Assembly: GCF_964204645.1 (NCBI RefSeq)
Contig: NC_134035.1
Location: 744,001 to 808,000, forward strand
Direction: 5' to 3'
From: Tubulanus polymorphus
Lineage: Eukaryota > Animalia > Nemertea
Length of the DNA stretch: 64,000 bases
Position numbers and translations under genes: made by a program. Each line of letters opens with the position of its first letter. Position 1 is the stretch's first letter. Positions 50,771 through 64,000 of this stretch are shown piece after piece. The notes beneath the pieces were generated by a model that saw only the letters and a program-made list of their open reading frames with translations, did no database searches and was not told the DNA's origin.

Positions 50771-52944
50771 TTTGTCACTTTCAATTTTCCTGATAGTCAA
50801 AATTATAGCCACAATATGTTATATATCTTATCATTTTTGCCGATAAAATTAAAGATTATAACCGCGTGTTAAGCGTACACGGTGGGCCTCGCTTTATTCC
50901 GACGAATTGGGATCGACAAAATAGGCCCGAGGTAAGCGAAATTCAGAGCAGAGTTAAGAATAGGGAAATACGTTTTGAAGTCAGAAAAATGGTTTTCATT
51001 TTGTCCGAGTCGGTCGATCAAAAGTGCGAGATGGCCCATGTCCGCATAAGGCAAGGTTTACTGTAACACAACTGTTTTCCCTAGAGTTCATAATTATAGG
51101 CCTCATCTTACATATCTCTTTTAAAAACTTCTCGATATTAATTAGTACGAATTGCTTTCTAATGATTTGAATTAATAACTTACCGAAAATCGAATCGTTT
51201 TTCGTAAATACAACCACACGCCTTCCTGCGAGCTGTGTTCGATTAGAAAGTGAATAAACGAGCTAATTTATAACCTAGAAACGCGCTGTTTTATTTGCCG
51301 CGAATGGAACGAATACAATAGCCTTCTCTCTCTCTCGCTGTGAACACTACAATTTCCAAAACCAATAAAGCATTGCATGTACTTTGCATACATGAATGTG
51401 CTTATTGGGTTTCAAGAACTCGCAAGAAATTTGGGTCGAAAAGTCATAAACGATCTCTTAACGTCTTTTCAACGCGACAGGAATTCGTTGATTGGTATTC
51501 GCATGTTATAAAGCGTTGGTTTTCTAGAAAATCGAGATCTATTTTTGAAATATATGCTTTTAGAATGAGGTCCATTTTAGAATGAGGTCCCTTTCTTCGG
51601 AAACCAGACTGCACTGAATATTGGGACATGTATTTGGCCTTGTAGTTCATTCTTTCTATTCTTGGTAAGGAAATCAAGTTTTCAGTGTTTCATCGAATAA
51701 CTGGAATTAGGTTTAGGAAGTATACTGAATGTTATACGAAGAACCTGATTGGGAATTACTGGAAAGCACTCGTGAAAATTTCGTCAATCTTTGCTACTTC
51801 ATTTCTATGTAGTTTCATTTCAAGGAACATTTTACGAATAGTTATTTTGCTAAGGTCAAAGTTGACATTGATAGCAAAAGTTGCTACTTTATTTGCGACA
51901 AAAGACAAGTTCCTTTTCTGGAATGCAAACCACACGGCCTGTTTGGGAGTACAGTTCTTTAAAGAGAAATTACATATCGAAGGGATAAAGGAACAAAATC
52001 GAAGAAATAAAGAATTGCTTTTTTCTTTAATGGTCGTTTTGAAATGCAAGGGATCGGGGAATAGTAAAGGATGGCGACATGAGGAATCTTAGAGGGAAGA
52101 TAAAAGAAGAAAAGGTTTAATAATCGTGTTGAATCAAATTGAAATGATGGATGAAATTAAGAAAACTTACTTTTTGCAAAACATTTCACGAGTATTTCTT
52201 TTTGAAAACATGTCTAAGGCTCGATGGGTTAAGGGACATTCTGGCGAAATTCCGCGTCTAAACTACATATAGAAAGTAGAAATTCAAGTAAATCAGTATC
52301 AATATCACAGATTATTTTATTTCCCAGCAGACGGAACCCAACACCGGGGTTAATGAATAATACTATATACGAACGTAGAAAAATAGATTCTTTAATGTCA
52401 CACAGGTTTTGGCACTAAGTATACATTCTGATGAAACCCGACCAATTAGTTAGTATACAATATTAAACAAACTGTAGCCTCGACATTTCAGCAAATTCTG
52501 ATCACCCGGTTTGCACATAACGTAAAGACAAATAATAATACTTTGAAGTAAGAGTTTTCGCTACTAGTTCAGAAAAAGTTCCTACTTCAAATATATTTGT
52601 TAAACCTTAAAAGTACTATTTGTCTTTATTTTAACCGATTCGACACGAGGTTGACACGGGAACAACTCTCCGGTATATACTAGTTAGTTATTGCAACTTT
52701 TATTTTTTGAGTTATTGCAACCACGTAGCTTTAAGTAATTTGCCGACGGACTATTTTGCCACTCGGATCGCTGCACCTCGTCGACCCACTGACTGCTACT
52801 GACAGTGCGTCCGGGTCAACGTCCTCTCGGGAGGGAAGGAGGTTTCTTTTTCCATACAGTTCTGGAACTACCATCACCACACCTATGACCGACATTTTAT
52901 TCAGTCCTTTGTAAGTGCAGCACTCGAAAATCTAAACGCGTAAT

Positions 52945-55900
52945 CTAAGCGTAGTCTTCATCTTCGCTTTCATCGGACGATTCTGGCGCCTCGTCGAACA
53001 TGTCCGGTCCGTCTACAGCGATCGGCAGCCGATGTTTCTTCGACAGCCGCAATGAGACGAGATTCGGCGAGTCGCGCAGCCCGAACACGAGCAACTGACC
53101 GTCGAAAGCCGTATCGAAACATTGTATTTTGATATCTGGAGTGAACACGGATAACAGCACGCCGCTATCTATATCCCATAACGATATATCCCCAGCGAAC
53201 ACGGCCGCCTGGCTGCCATCGTTCAACAAAACGATTTTACTCTCAGCATTGAATCGCATGTTTTTGTAGCCTTTAACTTTGCGTAAGGATCCGTTGACCA
53301 ACGGCTCCCAGACTCGCATTTCATTCTTATCCTTACCGAAAACGATTCTACGCCCGGTGCTATTAATCGTGATGGCGCTGACGTTCTTTTCGTTTTTCAG
53401 ACGTCTTTTCACTTCGCCCGTTTTACAATTCCACAAAGTGACGTAACTGACCTTCGATTCTTCGTCGTAGTTCGTGTGCACGAAATAGCCGCCGTCGTAG
53501 GTCAAGGCCGCCACGTACAGCGACATCATCGAGTTCTCGTTCTCAAGAGTTTGTGTATGTTTCTGCGTCTCGACGTCGAACACGCACAAATGATGAGCGA
53601 AAAACGAAGCTACGATGATCTTCTCGTCCCCGGACATCATGTACTGATCGATCGCGTTCTCTTTCTCTTTCTTCAGTTCGTCGACGATGCGTTTGTTGTC
53701 GTCGCGTTCGGCTTGTCGGCGCAGACGACGAGCGCTATCCGACTCTGATCGGCGGTCCCACGGCGTCATCTTGGCCGTCGTTCCCCGCTTGCGGTTCAGT
53801 ATGCGTTCGTTGTCGTCGTCGTTGTCGGCGATTCCCATCTCGATTCGGCGTCGTTCCAATTCGCGGAAATTCGGACGTATACGATAGAGTATGTGCCCGT
53901 TTTTCATACTCCACGCGATGAAATGACTGCGATTTTCCGACAAACCCAACAAACGATCGTCGGACAGCGCGGCGTACTCGTGCGCCGGTGAAGGGTAGAT
54001 GAAACAGTCTTTGATTTTACGCTCGTATTTTCTCGCCACCAAATCGTAAACGTATAAAGTTTGATAAACTTGTTGCTCGTCCTCGGTGACGGTGGATATC
54101 CCGCGGTCGGCAAGTATGATCGCTTTCGTATTTCTGAACAGTAACACGTCCTGTTCGGACATTACGACTCCTCTTTCTTTACGGATCTGGAATCCGGAGA
54201 AATGGTTACGACTCATATTCCACACGCACACATTTCCACTGCCGTACGACTGGGTGACTATATACTGCGGATGTTTGGCCATCACGTACATCTTCTTAAC
54301 GCCTGTTTTCGTCGGTGCCCTCACTCCGGACTGATTAACGGACGAACTCAGATTCCAGATTCTGAGCGCGTTTTCGTTCGGGGATCCGGTTAGCGTGTAT
54401 CGCAGATCGAGACAGGCGCACATCGTGCTGACGTTAGCGTGCGTGGCGAGGTGTTTGTGGTCCTCGGTTTCCAGGTTCCAAATCGCGATATCGGACGTGT
54501 TCGTCTCGTCGGATGCCGATACGCAGATAGCGTGCGATCCCGACTGGTTGACAACCAGCTCGTCTATGTAATCGGTCGCGCATCCTCTAATAGATCGCAC
54601 GTGTTTTCCATTCGTGACGTCAAACAATTCTAACTGATACAACAAACCGTTGTTCTGTTGGTAACGGCAGCCGAGCACGTAGTAGTCACGTGATAACGCA
54701 ACGGAGGTGATCGAAGCGCCCTTATTCGGCGGTTGCAGAACGCGCACTTGTTCCCCGTTAACGGCGTTGTAAACGAAAGCGGTTGTCGAACTGCGGAACG
54801 CGTACAGCACCAGTTCGCCGTTTGACGTCTGTCCGACCGTTATCGAGTTGTCCTTGTGACACACGCTTTCGTGATTAACCAGTTGCGTTTCGACGACTTT
54901 TCCGAAATCACCTTCCAATCGCCACGTACGCATTATGTTCGTACCGTCGAAGAAGGCCACCAGGTGGCTCTCGTCTTTAGCCGTAGTTATTGAAGCCGGG
55001 TCGATGTATTCGTCGATTGTTTTCTTGCATTCGCCCGATTTTAAATCCCAGATTCTGATACAAGACGTTTCGGAAGTTATAACCAGCGAGTTCTGTCGGG
55101 CGGATCTGATTGAAAGGACCTGTTTTCCCACTCCGTTTATGGTGTTTTTCACTTTGCCAGTTCGCATGTCCCATTGTTTCAACGTATCGTCCATCGAAGT
55201 TGTCAAAGCCTGTGAACCGCCGCACGTGCTCGCAACAGCCGTCAGGGTCTCTTTATGCCCGGATAGCAAATCGAACAATATTCCACCAGGGGGCGTCATA
55301 CACGTCATCGATGGGATAATACTTGGAACGGAAGCTCTGCGCGCGTCCCAGTACAGCTGATGCAGACACGGGTATTTCTTCGGATCTCCTGGAGCAGTCG
55401 GTTTGTCGTTCAGTATCAGATCGTTCATTCTAGACGTGATCTGCGTGGCCAACTGACGAGGATCTTTCGACAACGCATTCGTCGACAGGTACAAAGTATC
55501 GGATACTAATTTCAAGTCGATATCGTTGGGTTCGACGGCCAGCGCCATCTGGTAGTCTTCCATGATCGCTCGTAGACTCTGTCCGCAAACTTTCGCCAAG
55601 ATGAACTCGAAATTGCAAAGCGCTTCCTTTTTCATTTCGTTGAATAGTTGCGCCTTCAGCAGGTTACACGGTAACTCGCTCAGTTTTCTGTGGTTGAATA
55701 CGCGTTGAGTAACGCCCTCTAGCGACGCGTGTTCCCAATACAACGGCTGTTCGGATATAAACCTGTCGACCAACTTCTCCGAGGTTCCGATCGGTTTTCC
55801 GTCCTGCCACGTACCCATGAAGTACTCGGCGATCGCTTTGTGATACGAAGGCGCTTTATCTTTGCTTTTCAAATAGCGATCTTCGGCCGCTTCTTGGAAC

Positions 55901-58900
55901 TGGCTTTGGAACCAGCGTAACGGTTTGCAACCGTCCGCGCTTCGCTCCACCAGATAATCGCTCAGATCTTCTTTCAATCGCGTCCACGATAACATCGGGC
56001 ATCGCCGTATTCGCGGTTTCAATTGGTTAGTAATATCATCCATTACGGCGTCGTCTAACGATAACAAATCTAGCATTTCGTTTTCGGTAATGCCATTACG
56101 AGCTGCCGTAATGTAGCCCAATGCTCGGCGCACGAGAGGTTCGCCGTGGGTCACTTCCATCCGAGCGAATAACATCGTAATCGCTTTCTTGATTTCGGGT
56201 TGAAGTTTGATCTTTTCTTCCGCCGTGAACGAGCACCATTTCAACGATTCGTCGAAGGAAACTTTCAACTGAAGCGGATACGGGCACTGTTTGAAGGCGT
56301 CTAAAATGACGTCGTATTGCTGATAGGTCAACGTGCGATTCGCTTTCTTCAACCAGTGATCCAACATGACGACGGCGTCGGCTTCACTCATCGGAGGCAC
56401 GTCGATAAAACTGTCCGGATTGTCGGCGAATGCTTTCTTCAGCGCCGGGAACGACTCGTAACGCGTGTCCGGTAACGTTGATAGGACGATGTGTACGTGT
56501 TCAGGCAGTTCTTTAGGTAACCAAGCCAAATGTCTGGCGTCATTCTCATCTACAAAAAACAAATATAATTCATGTGTTTAGAACTCGGTCTCAGTGAAGT
56601 TACTATATTGTAGATTGATCGTAAGACACTGTCTGCTTGCTACTTGATATCTGCGGATATCTTCTAGATATTTGGACGCTGTTCAACAGTTACAGTTAAG
56701 GTTTGACATTGAATTATTATTCCCTATAATCCTATGCATTATTGTGGCTGTTATTACCTGATAGTTGGTTCAGCGAGTCGATGTATATTATCAGCGGTTC
56801 TTCTGCGGTAGCTGACTTCAATCTTTCCGAGAAATCATTCATTAAACCTTTATAATCCTAGAAATTACAGATATGAATATTTCAGGTAAAATATGTCGGG
56901 ATACGGTCCTGCGATCATTGTTGTAATGAATTCTGTTTCTGGTCTCTCGTCTAACATCAGAAAATATTCCCAATCGACATTAAAACAATTTTTGTTTCTT
57001 CTGTTTTTGTAGGTTACCTGTGGAATAGTGGACGCGTTCGTTCCGTACATATAACAGATCTGTTTACTGATGTTGTAAAGCAGTTCCCGGATGTTCGTCG
57101 ATGATGACGTCACGCCGATGAAGCGTACGATCGTGGCTCTTCCGGTCCTTGATGAGAAAAAAATAAATCGAAACAATTATGAAAGATGTGCTTCACGGAG
57201 TTGACAAAATGGAAAAAGAATTAACAATTTAGAACACTTCAGTTGAAGCAACAGTCCGTGTTAAATGTTTATAAGTAATCATTGCAGAAATACGAAGTTT
57301 TACAGTTCAGATGAGAAATTACGACGTTCACAGAAGGAAGGAATGTATTGAAGGTAAATCACTTACTTTTTGAACCATTTATTCGTTTCTTTCGCCGCCT
57401 TGGCTAAAAGCGACGTTTTACCGCTGCCTGATTTACCGTGTATGATTAAAGGCATGCGATACGTCGAACGCAGATACTGCTTGATGATGTTCAGTAGTTC
57501 TTTACGACCCTGGAAGTGTCTCGCTCTAGAATGAAATCGAAATAGCGATCATTGCAACCGTGATTTCGCCACATGTGGGAAGCAAGATGAGATCCCCGTG
57601 AACACTGAAAGAAGTCTTTCTGTTAACTATTGATAAAATACTATCTTGAGCTAGTGTATTTTATTCAACGTTTCGACTATATTCAACTCCAGGAATACGG
57701 TACTCCTGGAGATGACTTTTAGGATATAGCAGAAATGTTGATTAAACTACTAGCTCAAGGAAACAATAACTTTCTGTTTTGCATTGTACCAAGCTTCCCG
57801 AATATAGTGTTATTTCTAATCTTTCTCACGCATTCCCATACATACCTTTCATGTACGAATTTCACGTGTTCAGCGACCTCTTCAAACAGTACGACATTGT
57901 CGTTGCGACGCTGTTTATCCTCTTGTATTACCAAATTCAACCGAGCCGTCATCACTTCGAGAAAATCCGTGCACATTTTATCCAGGTACAACGCGTGAGG
58001 TCTTAAATTTGGGTCGATGCCTTTTGGCGTCCATTGGATTTCGTAGTCGCGCATATTACGAAAAGGAACCTAAAGAAGTAATGGCTGCATGAGCGCGTGT
58101 GCGATAAAATTCTCCAGAAAGATAAAGTTGTTATGTTATCAAGTTAGAGTTAACTGAGTTAAATCGGTTCATTTCAATGTTTGAACTCTTAAGAGTCAAA
58201 TTATCTCTGAACGGTAGAAATGGACTTATCAAGCAATCACATTGCCACACGTTATAGCACGTTATGTTTCACCTTTGCTTTGATTTTAGCCCACATATCC
58301 CCCATTCGCTCGACCATCGCGCTATCCAACCTTCCGCTGTTCGTGTCGATATCGATGTAGTCTCTGGCAAGCGAATCTTGGAAGCTGCCTTGCAGATCGG
58401 GTATCGTTCGTCTGATGACGTAACAGTTGTCGTCTGGGGTATCGGCCAGGAACAGACCGTTCTCCAGCTCAACGTCAATAACTGCAATATATAAAATAAG
58501 TTTTGCTTGAGTTCTGTTTTCATTTATTTTGATGCGAAGAGGTCCTACAGCGAATTGTACGCAAATGAAACACCCTTAAAAGATGGAGTTTGTCTTTGTG
58601 ATTTACCTGTCTTGAAGTATTTTTTCATGGCTGACTCGTCTTTAAGCGTCTCTTGGGAAAATCTTTGCAGCATGCCCAACAGCTGTTTCTGAGTGGCCAT
58701 CCACGCGTTCTTGCCTAATGCCTTTTTACTTTCGTCGTTGCGGGCGAAATCTTTAATTTGGTTGCTGCAAGATAAATGTAACTTGTTTCATTCAAGTCGT
58801 AGACTGACAAGGATTCGAACCTGATGGCGCTGGGACTCTAACGGTCTGAACGTATCGTACAAAAAGGTAATTGGAACATGGCTTACCTGATCTTCTGTAA

Positions 58901-61900
58901 TCTATAAACGGCTGGAACCACATTCTCGTCCAGTTTATACCAAGTTGTTAACAAATTGTCGTCTAATTCTTTCGACAGTGTACCAGACACCCCTTTCATA
59001 CCGTTTAACGCCAATTTGATGATCGTACCGGCTTGTTTCATCGCGCCAAACTTTCGCTTTAACTTCGCACCAGCCGGTGATCTGACGTAGAATTAACGAA
59101 ATATTTCATCAAAGTTCATTCTCCTACCGAAAACCTTTTCCGTATAATTCAAAACATTCTTCCAAATGTCCAAAATATGTTTGTGTTTGTGTCAGGGGCC
59201 CAGTGTTCATAAAGACTTATTAGACCTATGATTAGCATAAAATTAGAACCATATCTGTTGTTCCTAAGGTCCAAAGAAAATCAATCAGATCAAACCCAAG
59301 ACCACAAATTTCGCGAAAATATGATGAAATCAAAAACTTACAATGATCTTTTTTCAGTTGACGGTAATTTCAATTTGCTGACGACCTTTTCTAGCGGAGG
59401 AGGAGGAGGAGGAGGAGTATCGTCTGCCGCTTTCTGATTGCCGTCTTCCAACTCGGCGCTGGTTATCTCTTTCCGTTTCTCTTCCAACATGGCCGCCGCT
59501 TTCTCTGTTATCCGCATCGTCTCTGCGGCTGCCGCTTTCCTCACCGCGGCCAAGATGGCATCGAACTCTTCGGCCGGTATCGTGGTCGGCACCATTTCGG
59601 GTCCGAACTTCTGCCCAAGGAAATTCTTAACACAAAAGAGAGCGATTTATATTATTTCTTTTACATTTTAACCTTCATCAAACATATTTCAAACATTTGT
59701 ATGGCAAAGATTGAGTTAGTTTTCCGACTGTTTGGAATCTTCCATAGTCACAGGAAAATACGTTATATTTTGCGAACGGGATATTTTACCAGAAATGAAA
59801 CAGTTCGCGCGCCGTCCATGCATTTATCCAGAATTTTCTGACTACATTCTAAGACGGTGTGGTCGTCGTTAATCCAGTCACGATTAGCCCAGTGCAAGTC
59901 GAGTACGTGGAACTCGTAGCCGCGTTGGATACAATACGACTTGAGAGCTGGGTAAACTTTCTGTAGAAGATAACCGCGTTCCACGTCAGAATCTGTACGA
60001 AAATACAAGGTTTTTATTACGCAATAAACGGGTAAATTACATAGTTGTAGCGAAGTCGTGTTCACCCACCCTCTCTCGGCAGGGATTTGAACCTGATGGC
60101 ATCGAGACTTGCCACGGTACCAAAACCCTGCCGCACTAAACCGGGTGCCAGGTGTCATTATTAGCCAATCAGATATTCCGTTTTATTTTAGTCCAGGCTT
60201 TTTGAATTCATAGTTTTATTTGCCTCAGCAATTACAGGCAATCTGATCGGTGCCGCAAGTTTCCTGAAGATGACTATTAGGCGTTAGTAATGAAATGTCA
60301 AATCAATAAATTATTAGATTAAAGGACACTTTTTGGACTTCATCCTTCTCGTTGTATTAGTATGGGATTTTCTAACTCCGCATTTGAGCATTTACTTGAT
60401 ATCGCTTGTTTGCAGCGGCGCTCGTACGACATAGAAAAGAGAAATTAGTTTTCTTGTTTTGCCTATAGCAGAGTCATTACCTGTAAAAGCTGAACTGACG
60501 TACATTCTCAATACGCGTGCATCTGCCGGACACTTGACGTTCAAACTACCGGACAGAATTCTAGCCACGCTATCGTCGTACGACAGACGATTACTTTCAC
60601 GAGTCGCCGGTCTGTAGACCATCGGTGTCGGTACGGGACTAACCGGCAGCTCTTTGAAATTCGTCAAGTCGACGTTGTTATTTTCCATCGCTTGTTCTAT
60701 CTCAACGTCCACGTCGTCGTCGTCTCTGGACGAATGACGCTTTTTCAGACCGTCCGGTGTTTCGGCCATCGATACCTGTCGCCGACCGAGGCTCGGTCGC
60801 GATGTGCTCTTCTTCATGGCGCTTTTCAGGTTAATATCGGTTTGTGTCGGTTGTCTGTCGTCTGCCGGATTACGGTCGACTCGTTCACCTCTATCGTTAT
60901 AAGTGCTCATCAGATCGTGTTCATGCGCATACTGTAAGAATATACGGCATTGAGAAATGTGTTAGAAAATAACAACTAATACATCATCATAGATCCATCA
61001 GTCATCAGCTAACCGCCAGCAGTTATCAGTCAACAGCCAAGGCGAACTTCGGATTTTGTAGTTGGTCAAGTCGGAGGACCTAATAACAGTTGGTTGGAGC
61101 TAATAACCGAACGCACTACAGTTCGGTCGCAACGTATTTCACAGTGTCGGCCATCTTGGACAGGAACTATAGCGACCGTGCTCAATCCCGTGGTCGACTA
61201 TTTCCGGACTAAAGTTCCGACTAATTGGCATTAGGTTTATCTAGGTTTCCCAGATTTCATTTAGTTCGCAAAAATCAAGGAAGATCACCCCCGTCCCCTC
61301 TAGTCAGACTTACCGATAATCTTGTCGCGTTTTGTAGCTCACGAGTATCTGATGAATGTGCGTCGATCGACCCGGTGCTGCTACTTTCATCTTCCTCTTC
61401 AGCGATCAAAGCGTGCATTCGTTTCTCTATTCTACGGTTCAGTCGTTTCTAAAAGAAACATCAAAAATATAGATACCCCAACCAACCGACGGTTTGAAGT
61501 TTGGGGTACCCCCGAGAATGTCACCACCAGGATCCGAACCCATGAACTCTGAATTGACGAGACCACAGCTTGAACCACTTGACCACTGCGTAACTCAATG
61601 GTTAACTTCGATTTTCCATCCACTTATATCGGAATATTTTTAGTTAGTATGGTGGATTCTTAATGCGGCTGTAGGTCGGCCTTGCGACCGCTTGCTCCTC
61701 TCGACATAACGCCAGCGCCTTAGAGTTCTTATGTATTTCGTGTTAAAGCAACTTCACAGTCTTTTCAATATGTTATACAAACCCTTAAATGTGTAATGAT
61801 TCGTTGTTCCATCATACCGCTCAGATTACGCGATGGCGACTCGAACGTGTCCGGATATTGAAACTGAAATAAAAAAATTACGAAGCAATTTAGATAAATC

Positions 61901-63818
61901 TAATCGAGGACTGGACGCGATATTGCGCCTGATTCTGTCGACTTTTGGTTGTTTTCATCGTTAGGTTGTTCGTTTTATTGGAAAAATGTTCTAATTCATC
62001 GTTTAATTGCAAAAGGGAAGTTGTGGAGAGGTTATAGATGTCAAGACAAATATTACCTAGAAGGTTTGATTAGAAAGTAAGTGACTTATGAGTAACTGAT
62101 GAAGTTACTATAGACTAGTAGCGAATGCTTGTTCTTTTGACAAAAATAAGGTTAACCTTCCTTCATCAAATAACTGTTTGTTTCCGCGTTTACTGATAAA
62201 AAGAAAATCGAGGAAAATATTAAACTACTGATTAGATCAATGCGTACCTGAGATTCTTCGGAATGGAATAGCACATCCTGTTGGGAAGGGTATCTATGTC
62301 GATGGTATATGTGAATTTTACTGTATGATCCTTGCTTTTCAATCGCGGGCAAAACGACGGTCGATTTCTTCTTTTTCTCGGGCGGCTGAAAGATAAAATG
62401 CATCGAAACTGAGTAAAATAAAATGATGGATTTGAATGAAATGCATTGCACCGCACCTGCAGGTGACTTGGTCTACAAAGAAAACAGTTGATTTTGATGC
62501 ATTCGAAAGATTTTGCAGCCTTTATTTGACAACATTTATATTTCAAACGATCGAGCGATTCATTTCAAATTTCGAATTATAGAAATTGAGCGATTTATTT
62601 CAAAATTTTAATCACTGAAACTTCCTGCCTGTATTGTAATGCGACGGGTGACACTCACGCACTCGCCGGGGATCGAACCCAGGTATCTTACGCAGGAGGC
62701 AAGCATGCCAAACAGTAGGCCAATATAACTAGTGGTCATACAGTTTTTGTATATGCGTAAAACTGTATTTACATCGTGAAACAACGTGTTTGCGAAAAAT
62801 AATTTCACATTTCAAATAAGATATAGAAATCGACTTAGGTTTCATCCGGATAAATCCGGAATTTCTTCTCGGTGTATATGTATATGTAGGTTTTTGTGTT
62901 GTGTGGGAAAATGTGTCAGTGTTTGAGTCACGCGTCGTTAAATAGCTTTCGTTTGATTACAATTCCTAATGAATTCTATTCGTCGAGTGGACTCAACACT
63001 CGTACGGTTCGATATTGTATATATTACTTGTTAAAACCTGAAAAGCTTTAATGTCCCGCGCGGTAATTAATCTACCAATAGCTTGAGAAAATGTTTTACA
63101 CGAAATATTAATCATTAGTATCAATCATCGCTGAATCGTCGCTATAGTATCGACTGTTCTTGAAAATGGCACCTTCTTTTGGAGACTTCTTTTGGATTGT
63201 AAGAACGATACGATACGAAGAGAAATCCCTTTATAACTTTAATATCTGTGAATTAAATGAGCTATGCCATTAAATATAAATATTCGAATTTAATCTTAGA
63301 TCCAAATGCCTTAAATCCTTAAGACGCTCATTTTCAAGTAAGTTGTTAGATTCGCTAAAAAACCATGTACTTCGATTGAAAGAAACGATTATGTAAACTC
63401 ATCCGATCATCCGGCATATATCTGTTCTTCTGATTAATCAACCAATCAAATGAAATAAGAGGGACAATTCCCTATTTCAAAATCCCTATTTCAAGATCAG
63501 AGAACCGAACTTGGATTGGACTGGTGTTCTGCGATATTTATAGTATTTGGCAAATGATACAATCGGTACTATCGTCTTATTCACCTTTTGCGGAGCGGGA
63601 AAGAAGTCCGGTCGGCTGCTGTACTTAACGAAAGACGGCACCGGATTAGTGACGATTTTCTTCAATTTCACCAGATTAATCCGTTGCGGTTGATAGTGCA
63701 CGCGTCGTTTCATGATGGACTGTCTGCGGCGAGGTTGATGCCGGCGACGAGCTGCTCCTATGCGCGACCCGTCCGGCAGTCTGGGCGCCTCGAATATCGT
63801 CGGATCAAGTAAATACAT
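52945..63818 (-). CDS. NWD-family STAND protein (DUF4062-like N-domain, NACHT NTPase, WD40 propellers), ~15 exons, ~2100 aa; 5' end uncertain
   Basis: Exons 63818-63585, 62385-62248, 61863-61783, 61448-61314, 60931-60481, 59992-59790, 59625-59342, 59081-58887, 58764-58607, 58481-58273, 58069-57846, 57525-57367, 57147-57018, 56857-56758 and 56549-52945 join in frame. Motifs: YVSSAFTDSDVER, WYKLDENVVP, Walker A GKSGSGKT, Walker B IIYIDSL, GH..WD repeats. The first four exons are less certain. Confidence 0.88.
60075..60150 (-). mobile_element. tRNA-like SINE fragment (relative at ~58803-58850)
   Basis: Shared GCCATCAGGTTC(A/G)AATCC B-box segment on the minus strand. Confidence 0.45.
61503..61596 (-). 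mobile_element. tRNA-derived SINE head
   Basis: Minus strand GCAGTGGTCAAGTGGTTCAAG..GGGTTCGGATCCTGG has A and B boxes, followed by a short GGGGTACCCC palindrome. Confidence 0.55.
62659..62724 (-). pseudogene. tRNA-like pseudogene or SINE head
   Basis: The anticodon arm CTTGC-CTCCTGC-GTAAG and T arm CTGGG-TTCGATC-CCCGG are intact, but the acceptor stem does not pair. Confidence 0.55.
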
Positions 63819-64000
63819 GACTTTTTTATACGATAGTATTTCTATATAATAAGATCTATCTACCGGTACGTTAGCGATTTATCACCGCGTTCGAAAATAT
63901 GCGATACGTTATTCGACAAAGGCGCGAGATATTTTGATTAATCGGATTTTGAAGTGGGAACGACGGTCGAAAAATCAATCTCTGCAGATAAAAATAGTTA

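Noticed and set aside
53476-56287. Short overlapping ORFs on both strands
   Set aside because: These are shadows of the long NWD exon.
62659-62724. Functional tRNA with a CCT anticodon
   Set aside because: The acceptor stem and D arm are broken.
23986-63818. Operon-like defence system (ARH + peptidase + GT32 + NWD)
   Set aside because: The genes are independently spliced and interleaved with housekeeping genes. There is no evidence of functional linkage without synteny data.

Overview
Eukaryotic, AT-rich, intron-containing animal DNA, probably from a lophotrochozoan-type invertebrate (inference only). No prokaryotic features are present. Bases ~2075-22750 form a gene-free macrosatellite of six ~3-4 kb composite units. 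Each unit carries a variable-length G-rich VNTR, 19-bp subrepeats and an internal inverted repeat, and most carry ~80-bp modules spaced ~158 bp apart. A 3602-bp and a ~6.1-6.3-kb tandem duplication are superimposed. The right 41 kb holds six genes whose spliced reading frames I assembled by hand: an ADP-ribosylglycohydrolase (-), MKRN2OS-like (+, head-to-head with it), PRAS40/AKT1S1-like (-), a GT32 glycosyltransferase with an intronless CDS (-), an SLC3/rBAT-like heavy chain (-) and a ~2100-aa DUF4062-NACHT-WD40 (NWD) protein (-). Introns and intergenic DNA carry palindromic MITEs, tRNA-derived SINE heads and several Penelope-type minimal hammerhead-ribozyme motifs. One motif has a compensatory U3-A8 core and another sits in an insertion with an 11-bp target-site duplication. 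The best candidates for undescribed biology are the structured macrosatellite and the hammerhead-bearing mini-retroelements.
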